DNA from: Candidatus Hydrothermales bacterium
GTDB lineage: Bacteria; Hydrothermota; Hydrothermia; Hydrothermales; JAJRUZ01
DNA: 64,000 nucleotides
Direction of reading: 5' to 3'
Assembly (NCBI GenBank): GCA_039630575.1
Contig: JBCNUW010000001.1
Location: forward strand, 120,473-184,472
Shown piece by piece: positions 30,609 to 40,303 of the stretch. The notes below the pieces were generated by a model, which was not told the origin of the DNA, made no database searches, and saw only the letters and a list, made by a program, of their open reading frames with translations. The position numbers were made by a program, and so were the translations under genes. Numbering within the stretch: the stretch's first letter is position 1; each line of letters opens with the position of its first letter.

Positions 30609-31573
30609 TAAAGTGTACTAAAAATTTGTATTCTTGAATTCATTTGTTCAACAACATAAACTTTATTGTTCCTAACAAAAATACCAGCTGGTAATCTAAA
30701 TTGACCTGGATCCCAACCGATTCCCTCTATACCAAGATAAACGTTCCCATACTTATCAAAAATCTGAATTCTATGAAGGAAAGCATCTGTTACAAAAATA
30801 AAACCTTTATCGTCTACTGCTATTCCCTTCGGTCTAACAAAAAAACCTGGAGCATTACCTGATTTTCCAAAAACACTTATGACTTCTCCCTTAGTGTTTA
30901 AAATCTGAACCCTGAAGTTCCCCCACTCGCATACATAAACATTACCATCTCTATCAATGTTAATACCTCTAGGATAAAGAAATTCTCCTGGTTTGTTTCC
31001 CTTTTTACCTAATGTGTACAGAAACTGACCATCAAGATTAAAAACTTGAATTGCCATAATGCTATCATCGATGACATATAACCTATTTCTATAATCATCA
31101 ACTGTAAGATTTACAGGTTTATAAAGACCCTTTTTTATTATTAAAGACCCTTCAAATTCAGGAAACTTGATACCAAAAACAACACCAGCTCCAGGATCAG
31201 CTACATAGATCATATTTTTTGCCTCAGAAAAAGCAATCCCTGTTGGTCTTATGAATCTAAAATTACGCGAACCAAGATACCATTTAACAACCTTATTTGT
31301 ACAGTCAATAAAAACAATAGTAGAAAAACCAGGATCAGCTACCCAAATTCTTTCCTTAGTGTCAACATAAATTCCAAAGGGATACTTAAAAAGTCTTATT
31401 TTTTTTACTCCAAGAATTCTATTTAACATTCTCTTTACTATGTTAGTTTCTCCAACTACATCTTCTTTTGTGAATAGAAATTTTTCAAATTTTATTTTTG
31501 GGTCTTCAGGTGGTGGTGGCCAAAATATATCGCTTTTTATCTGAATAAAAATAAGAAAAATTAGAAAATTCAT
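30605..31573 (-). CDS. NHL-repeat six-bladed beta-propeller protein
   Basis: WPPPPEDPKI N-terminal motif; repeated PxGIAVD..G..YV.D...RIQIF units. Confidence 0.9.
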   Translation of the reverse strand: MNFLIFLIFIQIKSDIFWPPPPEDPKIKFEKFLFTKEDVVGETNIVKRMLNRILGVKKIRLFKYPFGIYVDTKERIWVADPGFSTIVFIDCTNKVVKWYLGSRNFRFIRPTGIAFSEAKNMIYVADPGAGVVFGIKFPEFEGSLIIKKGLYKPVNLTVDDYRNRLYVIDDSIMAIQVFNLDGQFLYTLGKKGNKPGEFLYPRGINIDRDGNVYVCEWGNFRVQILNTKGEVISVFGKSGNAPGFFVRPKGIAVDDKGFIFVTDAFLHRIQIFDKYGNVYLGIEGIGWDPGQFRLPAGIFVRNNKVYVVEQMNSRIQIFSTLY

Positions 31574-32202
31574 CTCTTTTCCTCCGGTTTATGAGGATTG
31601 TGACATTCAAAACAATTTTCTTCCTTAAAATGAAAATTATTAAAGTGACATTCCTCACAAAGATCCTCTGATTTTAAAAGTCTATTTACACCTCTGTGAA
31701 TTTTATGACAATTTAAACAAGATAAGACAAAATGTTTTGAAAATGAAATAAAAGTAGAAATTTTGAAATGACATTCTTTGCAAAAGGTTAATTCCTGGTC
31801 TCTTAAAAGAAATTTAGAATCTTTCAGATGGGGATCGTGACAAGTGGTACACTTTATTCCCCTTGTTTTGTCAGTTATAAAACTTTTTCCAACAGGATGA
31901 TTGTTTTCATAATACTCTATTCCTAAAAATATTTTTGATGTTTCTGATATTTCGTAAAACTTTCCAATATTGGGGAACAGGTATATAAGAAAGGTCTTGT
32001 TTGTATGACAATTCATACAGTTAAGGGAAATAAAGTCAAAATCTTTAAAAATCTCTCTTAGCTCCTCATGAGGTTGTATTTTAATTAAAAAAGGTCCTTG
32101 GGCATTATGAGAGTTATGACAAACTTCACAGATTCTTTTACCCTCCTCATTCCTGAAGTCATGAACAAATCTTGAAATTATAAAAAAGATAATTAAGGTC
32201 AT
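31570..32202 (-). CDS. Multiheme c-type cytochrome, 7 CXXCH, with an OmcE-like N-terminal half
   Basis: CEVCH, CMNCH, CTTCH, CKECH, CLNCH, CEECH, CFECH; start at the ATGA overlap (MTLIIFFIIS). Confidence 0.9.
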   Translation of the reverse strand: MTLIIFFIISRFVHDFRNEEGKRICEVCHNSHNAQGPFLIKIQPHEELREIFKDFDFISLNCMNCHTNKTFLIYLFPNIGKFYEISETSKIFLGIEYYENNHPVGKSFITDKTRGIKCTTCHDPHLKDSKFLLRDQELTFCKECHFKISTFISFSKHFVLSCLNCHKIHRGVNRLLKSEDLCEECHFNNFHFKEENCFECHNPHKPEEKR

Positions 32203-32996
32203 TTCTTGTGACAAACAGTACATACCGGTTTGTTTGGCCATTTTAAGTGATAACCAAATCGTGTTCCATGGGGATCATGGCAGCTATTACAGAAGAGGTT
32301 ACTTTTCTCAGCAGGATGATTAGCAACTGGATGATGATAACTATAGAGCTCCTTTTCATGACATAATGTGCATAAAATTTGTATTCTATCCTTTAAAAGC
32401 TTATTTTCCATTGAAGAGTGTGGATCATGGCATATTCCACATTCAAACATGGCATAAGGACTGTGAAGATAAAAATCATCTTTTAATTCGTGACAGTTTA
32501 CACATAATTTTTCTTCCTCAGGTTCCTCAAAGATCCTTTTATGACATTCACTACAATTTGGATCATCAAAAGGTGGGTGAAATTTTAGTCCTTTTTCAAA
32601 TTTTTCTTTGTGACATATAAAACAAGAAAGATCTTCTTTTTTTGATACTCTTTTAAATTCTATATCATGACAAGCTCGACAAATTTTCTCATTTTCACTC
32701 CTATGAAACTTATAGGGCTGAAGTGGAGTTTTGAAATTAAAAGAGGGAAAGAAATAAACTGTAATTATCTTAGATTCAGTTTTTTTATTTTTATCATAGT
32801 AAAGTATAAATTCATTTTTACCTAATTTAAGTTCTAAGATAAAGTGTTTAATATTATCAGCTGAGAAGGAATCATATAACATTTCAGGTTTTGAAATCCA
32901 GGCTTTGTCTGCATCTACTATTATCCTAACAAATCTACTTTTAATGAAAGAAATTTCCGGTGGAATTAAAAGCGAAAATAAAATAGAATTAATCAA
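32199..32996 (-). CDS. Multiheme c-type cytochrome, 8 CXXCH, with an N-terminal non-heme domain
   Basis: CRACH, CFICH, CSECH, CVNCH, CGICH, CTLCH, CNSCH, CTVCH; start at the TTGA overlap (TTG 32996). Confidence 0.9.
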   Translation of the reverse strand: MINSILFSLLIPPEISFIKSRFVRIIVDADKAWISKPEMLYDSFSADNIKHFILELKLGKNEFILYYDKNKKTESKIITVYFFPSFNFKTPLQPYKFHRSENEKICRACHDIEFKRVSKKEDLSCFICHKEKFEKGLKFHPPFDDPNCSECHKRIFEEPEEEKLCVNCHELKDDFYLHSPYAMFECGICHDPHSSMENKLLKDRIQILCTLCHEKELYSYHHPVANHPAEKSNLFCNSCHDPHGTRFGYHLKWPNKPVCTVCHKK

Positions 32997-33877
32997 TATT
33001 CTGCTTTTCCGTGACATGCTGGTCCACAAGTTCCCTTTTTTTCAGTTTTTATGAAATCAAAATTTAAGACATAGTTGTAAGGTCCAAATTTTTTACCACC
33101 CTCAACAAGTGCAAAATTTTTTGAAAAGTGAGGGTTATGACAAAAGGAACAAACTATTCCTTTTTCTCTCTTTACATGAACTTTATGTAAGTTTTCCTCG
33201 CCTCTTTTGAAAGAAGATTTCTCAGAAAAAAGATCTTCCAAATTATGACAATTAAAACATAACTCATACTGAAGATGAGTAAAAAATACATAAGGTTTAT
33301 TTGGATACATTGAGTTTAATAACATGGTGAAATTAGATTGATGAGGATTATGACATGTTATGCAATTTTCAATAGGTGGATGTTTATACTTTTTTACTCT
33401 ATACTGTTCTTCCATTTCCTTATGACAATCAAAACATAGTGAATTAGTTTCCCTTAATAAATATGACCTTTTATCATTTCCATGAACATCATGACAACTT
33501 TTGCATTTACCATCAACAAAGGGCGCATGAAAACTTAATGCAGTTTTTGATAGTTCCTTATGACAGCTTGAACATAAATATGGTAGTTTTTCTCTTAGCA
33601 AAAAGTTCAAAGGTGATGAGTGAGGGTTGTGACAATGCGTGCATTTGTTATCGTTTGGGGGGTGTTTAAATTTTGATTTATTTTCATGACAATTTAGGCA
33701 AATACTGTTAATATTTTCAATCTTTTTAAAGGGGTGTTCACCTTCAAGGTTATGGCATAATGAACAATCTTCTTTCACAGGTTGATGTAAAACTCTTTCT
33801 TCTATCAAAATATCATGACAACCTCTTTCTGTGCAATCCCTTTCTTGTGAGATTAAAAAAATTATTAACATAATCAT
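32993..33877 (-). CDS. Multiheme c-type cytochrome, 9 CXXCH plus CX4CH and CX3CH (paired-CXXCH repeats)
   Basis: CTERGCH, CSLCH, CLNCH, CTHCH, CSSCH, CKSCH, CFDCH, CITCH, CFNCH, CSFCH, CGPACH; repeated H.P...CxxCHxPH.S...LL. Confidence 0.92.
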   Translation of the reverse strand: MIMLIIFLISQERDCTERGCHDILIEERVLHQPVKEDCSLCHNLEGEHPFKKIENINSICLNCHENKSKFKHPPNDNKCTHCHNPHSSPLNFLLREKLPYLCSSCHKELSKTALSFHAPFVDGKCKSCHDVHGNDKRSYLLRETNSLCFDCHKEMEEQYRVKKYKHPPIENCITCHNPHQSNFTMLLNSMYPNKPYVFFTHLQYELCFNCHNLEDLFSEKSSFKRGEENLHKVHVKREKGIVCSFCHNPHFSKNFALVEGGKKFGPYNYVLNFDFIKTEKKGTCGPACHGKAEY

Positions 33878-35451
33878 TTTATCTTAAAATCTCTTTTTAA
33901 AAGAAAGTAAAAAACAAAATTGTGCTCCTCTTTTGGGTAAATCAAATAAATATATTCAAAATTTAATTTTAAATTCAAAACGTTATAATTCCTTTCAAAA
34001 CCGACAGTCAAACTGTTTTCGAGCTTATTTCTAAAGTATAACCTCTCCTCTAGAGAAAAAATATTAAATAGTTTTAAAGGAATTTTAAGTGTAAATTTGA
34101 AAAAACTCCTTGTTAATACCAAAAAATCCGTCCTTATATATTCTTGAAAATAAGATAAATTAAGGGGCATTTGCCTAATTTTAAGATCAATTCTTGTGCG
34201 ATATTCAGTCCAAATATTCATCTTACTATTTAAAAAAGAAAAATTCCTATCAAAATTAAAGTTGAGTGTAATAATATATCTTGGTGAATCGTAAATTAAA
34301 GTTAAATTTGTATTAAAACCAAAAATTTTTTGGTTCCTTACAGGCCATTTATCATTGAAAGCTCTATAGTACAAATTATAGAAAAATTTTAAAAATCTAA
34401 AATTCAAGAAAAAATTTTGCTCAAAAAGACCCCTATTTCCAACCAAATAGCCCCACCCTTTTCCTAACGGATCCTGACTGAAAGAAAAGGAAATATAAGG
34501 AGAAAATGTAAAAAATCTAGGGTAATTTAAAAATTTAAGGTCATATATCTGAGCTACTCTCTCATAAAACCTTGTTCCTCTTGGTAAAGAACCTGTTTCA
34601 AAATCTATAAAGGTACTAGAAATTATTCTATCTGAAAAATACTTCTTAAAACTTGAATTTAAACTTTGAGAGGTGAAAATTTTTGATTTTTTAAAAGAGT
34701 AGTAAAAATCAAAAATGTAATCAAAATTTTTTAATTTAATATAATTAAAATTTGAGTTAGTGTAGCCATAGTTCTTTCTGAATAAATATATTATGTTTAA
34801 CTTGATTTTCCTATCTTTAGTGTTATTGTTGTAATTAAAATTTACATTTTCAAATCCTTGACCATAATCTGGAAGTTCTTTTTTGTAATTGAAATAAAAG
34901 GAATGTTTTTTTAAGGAAAAACTTGAATTAAAACCGAGGGATTTTAAAGTCAATAAGACTTCCTTATTATACGAATAGAAAAAATTAAATTTTGGAAAAT
35001 TACTTAAATTAAGGGACTGCGAGATTGTATAAGTTGATTTTTTTTTAGAAAATAATATTTTATTCTCCCTTTTAAGTTCCTCTGTTTTAAAAGAGAATCT
35101 AAAAGGAAAAGAAGTTTTTGAAAAAATACTAACATCAAGAAAAAAGGGGGATTTTAAAAAAATTTTCTCTTTTTCTTTATCTAAATTTTCCTTAAAAACT
35201 TGCCAAATAAAGTATGTTCTAAAGTCGAAAGATATAAATTCTCTTTTATACACAAAACCATTTATAATTAAGTTTAAATAATTCTCATAATCTTTGTAAA
35301 AGGGTTTTGCTAAAGATCTCTCAAATTTACCAAAAGAAAAATATCTCTCTGAAAAGATGCTTAAGTTAAAATTTGTTATCTCAGAATTTAAATTTTTTAA
35401 AAGAAATAAATGGGGGAGAAGAAATATTCTCCCCCATTTTATCCTAAACAC
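33874..35451 (-). CDS. Putative outer-membrane beta-barrel (porin of a porin-cytochrome complex)
   Basis: 525 aa, signal-like N-terminus, aromatic alternating strands, C-terminal FVFYFLLKRDF; lies between cytochrome genes. Confidence 0.65.
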   Translation of the reverse strand: MFRIKWGRIFLLPHLFLLKNLNSEITNFNLSIFSERYFSFGKFERSLAKPFYKDYENYLNLIINGFVYKREFISFDFRTYFIWQVFKENLDKEKEKIFLKSPFFLDVSIFSKTSFPFRFSFKTEELKRENKILFSKKKSTYTISQSLNLSNFPKFNFFYSYNKEVLLTLKSLGFNSSFSLKKHSFYFNYKKELPDYGQGFENVNFNYNNNTKDRKIKLNIIYLFRKNYGYTNSNFNYIKLKNFDYIFDFYYSFKKSKIFTSQSLNSSFKKYFSDRIISSTFIDFETGSLPRGTRFYERVAQIYDLKFLNYPRFFTFSPYISFSFSQDPLGKGWGYLVGNRGLFEQNFFLNFRFLKFFYNLYYRAFNDKWPVRNQKIFGFNTNLTLIYDSPRYIITLNFNFDRNFSFLNSKMNIWTEYRTRIDLKIRQMPLNLSYFQEYIRTDFLVLTRSFFKFTLKIPLKLFNIFSLEERLYFRNKLENSLTVGFERNYNVLNLKLNFEYIYLIYPKEEHNFVFYFLLKRDFKIK

Positions 35452-35478
35452 AATAAAATTTAGAATTTAATTTACTAT

Positions 35479-36111
35479 TTACTTTATATGACAATCAAGG
35501 CAAATTTGACTGTTTGTGGTGTCACCCCTTAAGAAACTATAGGGGGGTTGAGCAACATCTACATTATGGGGATCATGGCAAGTAGAGCAAGTCATCACTG
35601 AATCAGCACCAGGTTGTATACCTGAAAAATTATAGAGTGGATAACCCCATGTTGAAGGAGGGTTAAATTTAGTAGGCGGCAATCTTCCCGGTGCCACATC
35701 CATATCGACTGGATGAGAGTAAATAAGAGTATCATTTGTTCCACTTGTAACATCAGGAGGATCTTGAACAGCTGCACCAACATTCCTTGGACCAAATGAG
35801 TAAAGTGTCCCAAGATCAGCTCTTGTTTGAGTTCCATCATGACAGGAAAGACAAGCATAACTTATCCAAGAGGCTCTTGTCATTGGGTCTGTATAGGTTC
35901 CGTTATATAGAGCTGAAATAGTGGGTACATAAACCCTATTCCAAAGATAATAAAAATTTTGACTGGGATTAGCATTGTGCGGTGTATGGCAGTATATGCA
36001 AACTTGTCCTGCATTGGGTCTGTTAAAATCATGCCTACTTCCTACAATTGTTGCATGAAGCCAAATATAAAAGGTTGAAAGAACTAGAACTACTATAATC
36101 ATTTTCTTCAT
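35479..36111 (-). CDS. Secreted tetraheme cytochrome c, OmcE (nanowire)-like
   Basis: Sec signal; motif order GSRHD, QVCIYCHTPHNA, LWNR, SYACLSCHDG, HPV, PLY, CSTCHDPH, FLR, SQICLDCHIK; eight His in the mature chain; SD AGGAGGT. Confidence 0.85.
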   Translation of the reverse strand: MKKMIIVVLVLSTFYIWLHATIVGSRHDFNRPNAGQVCIYCHTPHNANPSQNFYYLWNRVYVPTISALYNGTYTDPMTRASWISYACLSCHDGTQTRADLGTLYSFGPRNVGAAVQDPPDVTSGTNDTLIYSHPVDMDVAPGRLPPTKFNPPSTWGYPLYNFSGIQPGADSVMTCSTCHDPHNVDVAQPPYSFLRGDTTNSQICLDCHIK

Positions 36112-36135
36112 AAACTTTACCTCCTAACATATAAA

Positions 36136-36148
36136 GGGACTTGAACCC
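36136..36148 (-). promoter_or_regulatory. T-loop-like leader motif GGGTTCAAGTCCC upstream of the cytochrome operon
   Basis: 3-bp GC stem plus 7-nt TTCAAGT loop, 10 nt upstream of the SD. Confidence 0.6.
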
Positions 36149-36204
36149 ATTTAAACTTAATACCTTATTTTTAATTTTACCTTGATTCATAATTCAAATT
36201 CAAT

Positions 36205-36861
36205 TTAAAGAATTATCTTTATAATTGTAACAAAGAGAGAATAAAAAAACCAAAGAAAAAAAGATATGAAAATTCCCTTTTTTCTCTCAATATCACCGAT
36301 GTGATGAAGGGCAAGACCATAAAGAAAAGTCGCCCATAATGTAAAAAATCCAGCCTGTTCGAGGAAAATTCTAAAAAAATTTTTCTCTGATAGGAACAAT
36401 AAAAAGATAGAAAAATTAAGTTTCACATTAGGATTCCCGGTCAAAAGAGCTATAGGAAAAGCAACAATTGATCCTAAAAGATTTATTGCATATATATGAA
36501 TAGCCGAACTGAAAAAAGCAATAAAATCACCTTTTCCTTTAAAAAGTGTAGAGATTAAAAAAAATATAAATCCCAAAGTAAGAGTTTGGATAAAAAAACC
36601 AAATATACTCGAAAAGATTGTCAAAATATAGAATAAAGGTGAACCCATAAATTCCATGGCACGTTCAATAGCCTCTTCTGGTAGATTCCTTTCACTTAAT
36701 ATACTCTCTTTGTTTGGTAAAATTACAAATTGGATATAAAGGAGAGTAATAATTAGAAAAGTAATTAATATTGTAGCAGAGGGTAAAAGAAGAGGTTTTT
36801 TATCCTTTATAGTTTTCAAGGCTTCATTCGGATTATAAAAGATTTTTAAGATTAGATTCAT
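36205..36861 (-). CDS. Yip1-family membrane protein
   Basis: IFYNPNEALKTIKDK start, about five TM segments, FKGKGDF motif. Confidence 0.7.
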   Translation of the reverse strand: MNLILKIFYNPNEALKTIKDKKPLLLPSATILITFLIITLLYIQFVILPNKESILSERNLPEEAIERAMEFMGSPLFYILTIFSSIFGFFIQTLTLGFIFFLISTLFKGKGDFIAFFSSAIHIYAINLLGSIVAFPIALLTGNPNVKLNFSIFLLFLSEKNFFRIFLEQAGFFTLWATFLYGLALHHIGDIERKKGIFISFFLWFFYSLFVTIIKIIL

Positions 36862-36910
36862 TTATTCCTCCTTTTTATTTATAAAAATTTTAAAATAAAA
36901 GATATAAAAA

Positions 36911-38053
36911 TTAAAGAAAAAGCAAAAGTAAAGAAGCCAAAAATGATAAAAGAGAGCATACTAAAAAAGGTACTTTCGTTCCAAAAATTTCCCATAAAAT
37001 TCCAAACAAAAAAGATGCGAATAAAAGACCAAAACCTTGTACAAAGTAAAAAAGTCCAAATCCAGTTCCCTTTTTATCTTCTGGTAAAAAACTTGATACC
37101 AATGCTCTTTCAACTCCTTCAGTTAAGCCAAAATAGAGTCCATAAAGTATAAAAAAAAATATAAAGGAAGAAAAGGAAATAGAATAGGCAAATCCTAAAT
37201 AGGATAAAGAGTAAATTAACCAACCTAAAAGGAGTACTCTCTTTTTTCCAAATTTATCAGCAAAATATCCTGCTGGCAAAGAGCTTAGAGCTTTAATTAA
37301 ATTCAGAACGGACCAAAAAAGTGGAATAGTAATCAAAAGAGCACCCTCATTTTTTGCCTTAAGCAGTATAAAAGTATCAGAAGCATTTGCTATTGTGAAA
37401 ATGAAAAAAATAAAAAGAAATAAATAAAACTTAAAAGGCAATTTAAAATAAAAGGAAAGTTTTTTATCTTTAGTTTTTTTAAAGTTAATTTCTCTTTCTT
37501 TTACAAATATCAGTACAAAAAGAACTGAAAAAAGTCCAGGAATAATTGAAAAATAGAAAATCTCCCTTATTGAAAAGTGCGTCAAAAGTAAAATTGTAAA
37601 CAGTGGTCCTATAAAGGCGCCCAGATGATCCATAGCTCTTTGAAATGAAAAAGCTTTTCCCGATTCACTTTCAGAGACAGAAAGAGAAATGAGGGCATCT
37701 CTTGGAGCACCTCTTATTCCTTTCCCAAGTCTGTCTAAAAATCTTAAAAAAACTACCTGATATAAATTAACAGAAAAACCAACCAGTGGTCTTGTAATAG
37801 CTGCTAAAAGGTATCCTAAAACTATAATTTTTTTTCTTTCTTTAATTCTGTCTGAGATGTTACCTGAGATAAGTTTAAATAAACTTGATGTAAGTTCTGA
37901 AATTCCTTCAACTACACCTAGCCCCATTGGTCCTTTTTTTAAATTCTCAACAATAAACAAGGGAAGAAGGGGGTGAATAAGTTCAGATGCGATATCATTA
38001 AAAAGAGAAGTAAGACCAAGAAAAAAAACATTTTTACTTAGCCACTTTTTCAT
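36911..38053 (-). CDS. MFS transporter
   Basis: SLFNDIASELIHPLLP, DRLGKGIRGAPRDALI, GYFADKFGKK. Confidence 0.9.
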   Translation of the reverse strand: MKKWLSKNVFFLGLTSLFNDIASELIHPLLPLFIVENLKKGPMGLGVVEGISELTSSLFKLISGNISDRIKERKKIIVLGYLLAAITRPLVGFSVNLYQVVFLRFLDRLGKGIRGAPRDALISLSVSESESGKAFSFQRAMDHLGAFIGPLFTILLLTHFSIREIFYFSIIPGLFSVLFVLIFVKEREINFKKTKDKKLSFYFKLPFKFYLFLFIFFIFTIANASDTFILLKAKNEGALLITIPLFWSVLNLIKALSSLPAGYFADKFGKKRVLLLGWLIYSLSYLGFAYSISFSSFIFFFILYGLYFGLTEGVERALVSSFLPEDKKGTGFGLFYFVQGFGLLFASFLFGILWEIFGTKVPFLVCSLLSFLASLLLLFL

Positions 38054-39212
38054 TTTTAAGAACTTTAGTAACTATTATAAAAGATATAAAACCGGGAATA
38101 ATGATTATTCCCCACATTAAAACTGGAATTTTAATAAAAAAATCAAGAATAATTCCACCATAAAAAGGAGCACTTGCCCAACCAAGACCTTCAGCGAGAC
38201 CTAAAAAACCTAGATAAAGATTTTCTTTTCCTTTTTTAGCATAAATTGTTCCAAAGGTTGTTACAATTGGTAAACTTAACATTTCACCGGCAGTAAATAT
38301 AAAAACACATAATGCAAAAAAATAAAAATTTGAAGCAAAAGAAAATAAAAAGTAGCCCAAAATATAGAGTAAAATTCCAAAAATTAAAGAATTTTTGAAA
38401 CCTATACTTTCGGATAATTTTGTAAAAAAAATTTGAAGAATAACAACAGAAGCCCCATTTATTGTAAACAAATAACCTATAAGTGTATTTGAGAGCCCTT
38501 TTTCCTTTGCATAAACTGATAGGGTTGAAATCATCTGCCCTGCTAATGAAAAAAGGAGAAAAATAGAAATAATATAGTAGAAGAAGATTTTATCATCCAA
38601 AATACTTTTTATCTCTAATAAAAAATTTTTATTAGATAAAACTTCCCCTTTGGGACATTTCACCCCAAACTGAATTAAAGGTAAAACAATAAAGGTAAGT
38701 AAAGAAGATACAGTAAAAAGTAAAGTATATGAAAAAGAAGCCAAATATCCTCCTATTGCAGGACCAATTGCAAAACCAAGATTAGTCCCTACTCTTATTA
38801 TTCCATAAGATGAGGGTCTTTCCTTTTCAGGTAAATAAATTCCTACATATGAGTCTGATCCAAGAGCAAAAAGAGAAAAACCTAAAGAATTAAGAACAAA
38901 TCCAAACAGAAATAAAACAGGAGTAACGTTAAATATAATGAAAATAGTAAAAAATAGAAAAGCAAAAAATCTTGACAGAAGACCAAGAACCATAAGATTT
39001 TTACAGCCCAACCTGTCTCCTATGTATCCTGAAGGAACTCTTGAAAAAGCACCTAAAAGAGAACTTAGCCCAACCATAAAACCTATTACTTTCATAGGAA
39101 TTTCCCTTTCACTATAAAGGTATATATTCAAAAAAGGAATAGATACTGAAAATGAAGCAGCAGTGAATGCTCTAGCAATGGAGATAAAAATCACCTCTCT
39201 TTTATTTGACAT
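38034..39212 (-). CDS. MFS transporter
   Basis: GYIGDRLGCK motif A, NLGFAIGPAIGG, 12-TM pattern. Confidence 0.88.
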   Translation of the reverse strand: MSNKREVIFISIARAFTAASFSVSIPFLNIYLYSEREIPMKVIGFMVGLSSLLGAFSRVPSGYIGDRLGCKNLMVLGLLSRFFAFLFFTIFIIFNVTPVLFLFGFVLNSLGFSLFALGSDSYVGIYLPEKERPSSYGIIRVGTNLGFAIGPAIGGYLASFSYTLLFTVSSLLTFIVLPLIQFGVKCPKGEVLSNKNFLLEIKSILDDKIFFYYIISIFLLFSLAGQMISTLSVYAKEKGLSNTLIGYLFTINGASVVILQIFFTKLSESIGFKNSLIFGILLYILGYFLFSFASNFYFFALCVFIFTAGEMLSLPIVTTFGTIYAKKGKENLYLGFLGLAEGLGWASAPFYGGIILDFFIKIPVLMWGIIIIPGFISFIIVTKVLKNEKVAK

Positions 39213-39253
39213 TTTAAATTTTAGGGGTTATATTAAAATAAGGGAGGTAAAAT

Positions 39254-40303
39254 ATGTTAGCCATCCTAATTATAAGTTTACACTATCTTGCAAGTATTGG
39301 TTATAAGGGATTAGGAGTTGATTTTTCAATAGTTAATGAGGAAATATGGGTGAGTTTTCCAATAGAGAACAAAGTTTTAAACTATTCTACATTTCAAGAG
39401 TTTTCTATAAATGAACCAACAGTAATTCTTTACAAAAAGCCATTTACTTATGTAGTAAGTAATTTGGAAGATAAACTTTATACTTTTGAAAACAATTCTC
39501 TTTACTACAGTATAAACATACCAGAAGGTGACTATGTATCAGGCTGTCTACATGAGAATCAAATTTATCTTTTAAGTAGAACTCCAGCAAATATAGTAAA
39601 AATAAATGAAAATTTTGTTTTCACAGTTATGCAAGTTCCTTCCTATAAACCAATTGATTTTAAACCCTTTAAGAATGAGTTTTATATTCTTGATAGAAAG
39701 GCTTCAGCACCAAGTTTAAGAATTTTAAAAATAAATGAAGAGGGTACCATAGTTGGCACACTACTCGACTTACCGGGAGTCTTAGGGGGAGGTTTTGAAA
39801 TTGCGGAAATAAATGGAAATAAAATTTTACTTTTAACAAATGCATTGATGGGTAGAATTTATATTTACTTTTTAGATCCATTAATAAAAATAGATTCATT
39901 TGGAAGCTATGGTGATTCAATTTTTGAATTTAAGACACCAACAAAAATCAAGTATATAAATCAAAAAATTTATATTTTAAACCAAAGAAATTCAAGAATT
40001 GATATATATACTTTTGACAATTTTTATACACCAGAAATAATAGTTTTAAAAGAAAATCCATTTGATAACATAAAGGTATCTAAGGAAGAAATTTTTTTTG
40101 ATTTAAAGTTACCTGAGGGAAATTATGATCTTAACATATTCTCTATTGATGGAAGAAAAATTTTAGAATTAGACAATTTTATTACAGAAAAGGGTTATTT
40201 AAGCTTTAGGATTCCTTTTTCTTTTAAAAGAGGAGTTTATTTTATTATGCTTAAAGAAAAACAAAACAAATTTTTGATAAGAAAGGTTTTTAAAATAAAA
40301 TGA
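39254..40303 (+). CDS. Secreted beta-propeller (NHL-like) protein with a T9SS/FlgD-like C-terminal domain
   Basis: SFGSYG...EFKTPT...NSRIDIY NHL-like unit; CTD YDLNIFSIDGRKI...GVYFIMLK...RKVFKIK; SD GGGAGGT. Confidence 0.7.
   Translation: MLAILIISLHYLASIGYKGLGVDFSIVNEEIWVSFPIENKVLNYSTFQEFSINEPTVILYKKPFTYVVSNLEDKLYTFENNSLYYSINIPEGDYVSGCLHENQIYLLSRTPANIVKINENFVFTVMQVPSYKPIDFKPFKNEFYILDRKASAPSLRILKINEEGTIVGTLLDLPGVLGGGFEIAEINGNKILLLTNALMGRIYIYFLDPLIKIDSFGSYGDSIFEFKTPTKIKYINQKIYILNQRNSRIDIYTFDNFYTPEIIVLKENPFDNIKVSKEEIFFDLKLPEGNYDLNIFSIDGRKILELDNFITEKGYLSFRIPFSFKRGVYFIMLKEKQNKFLIRKVFKIK

Noticed and set aside
36112..36204. T-loop motifs as real tRNA genes or integration (att) remnants
   Set aside because: No acceptor, D or anticodon arm and no CCA around any copy, and no integrase in the window.
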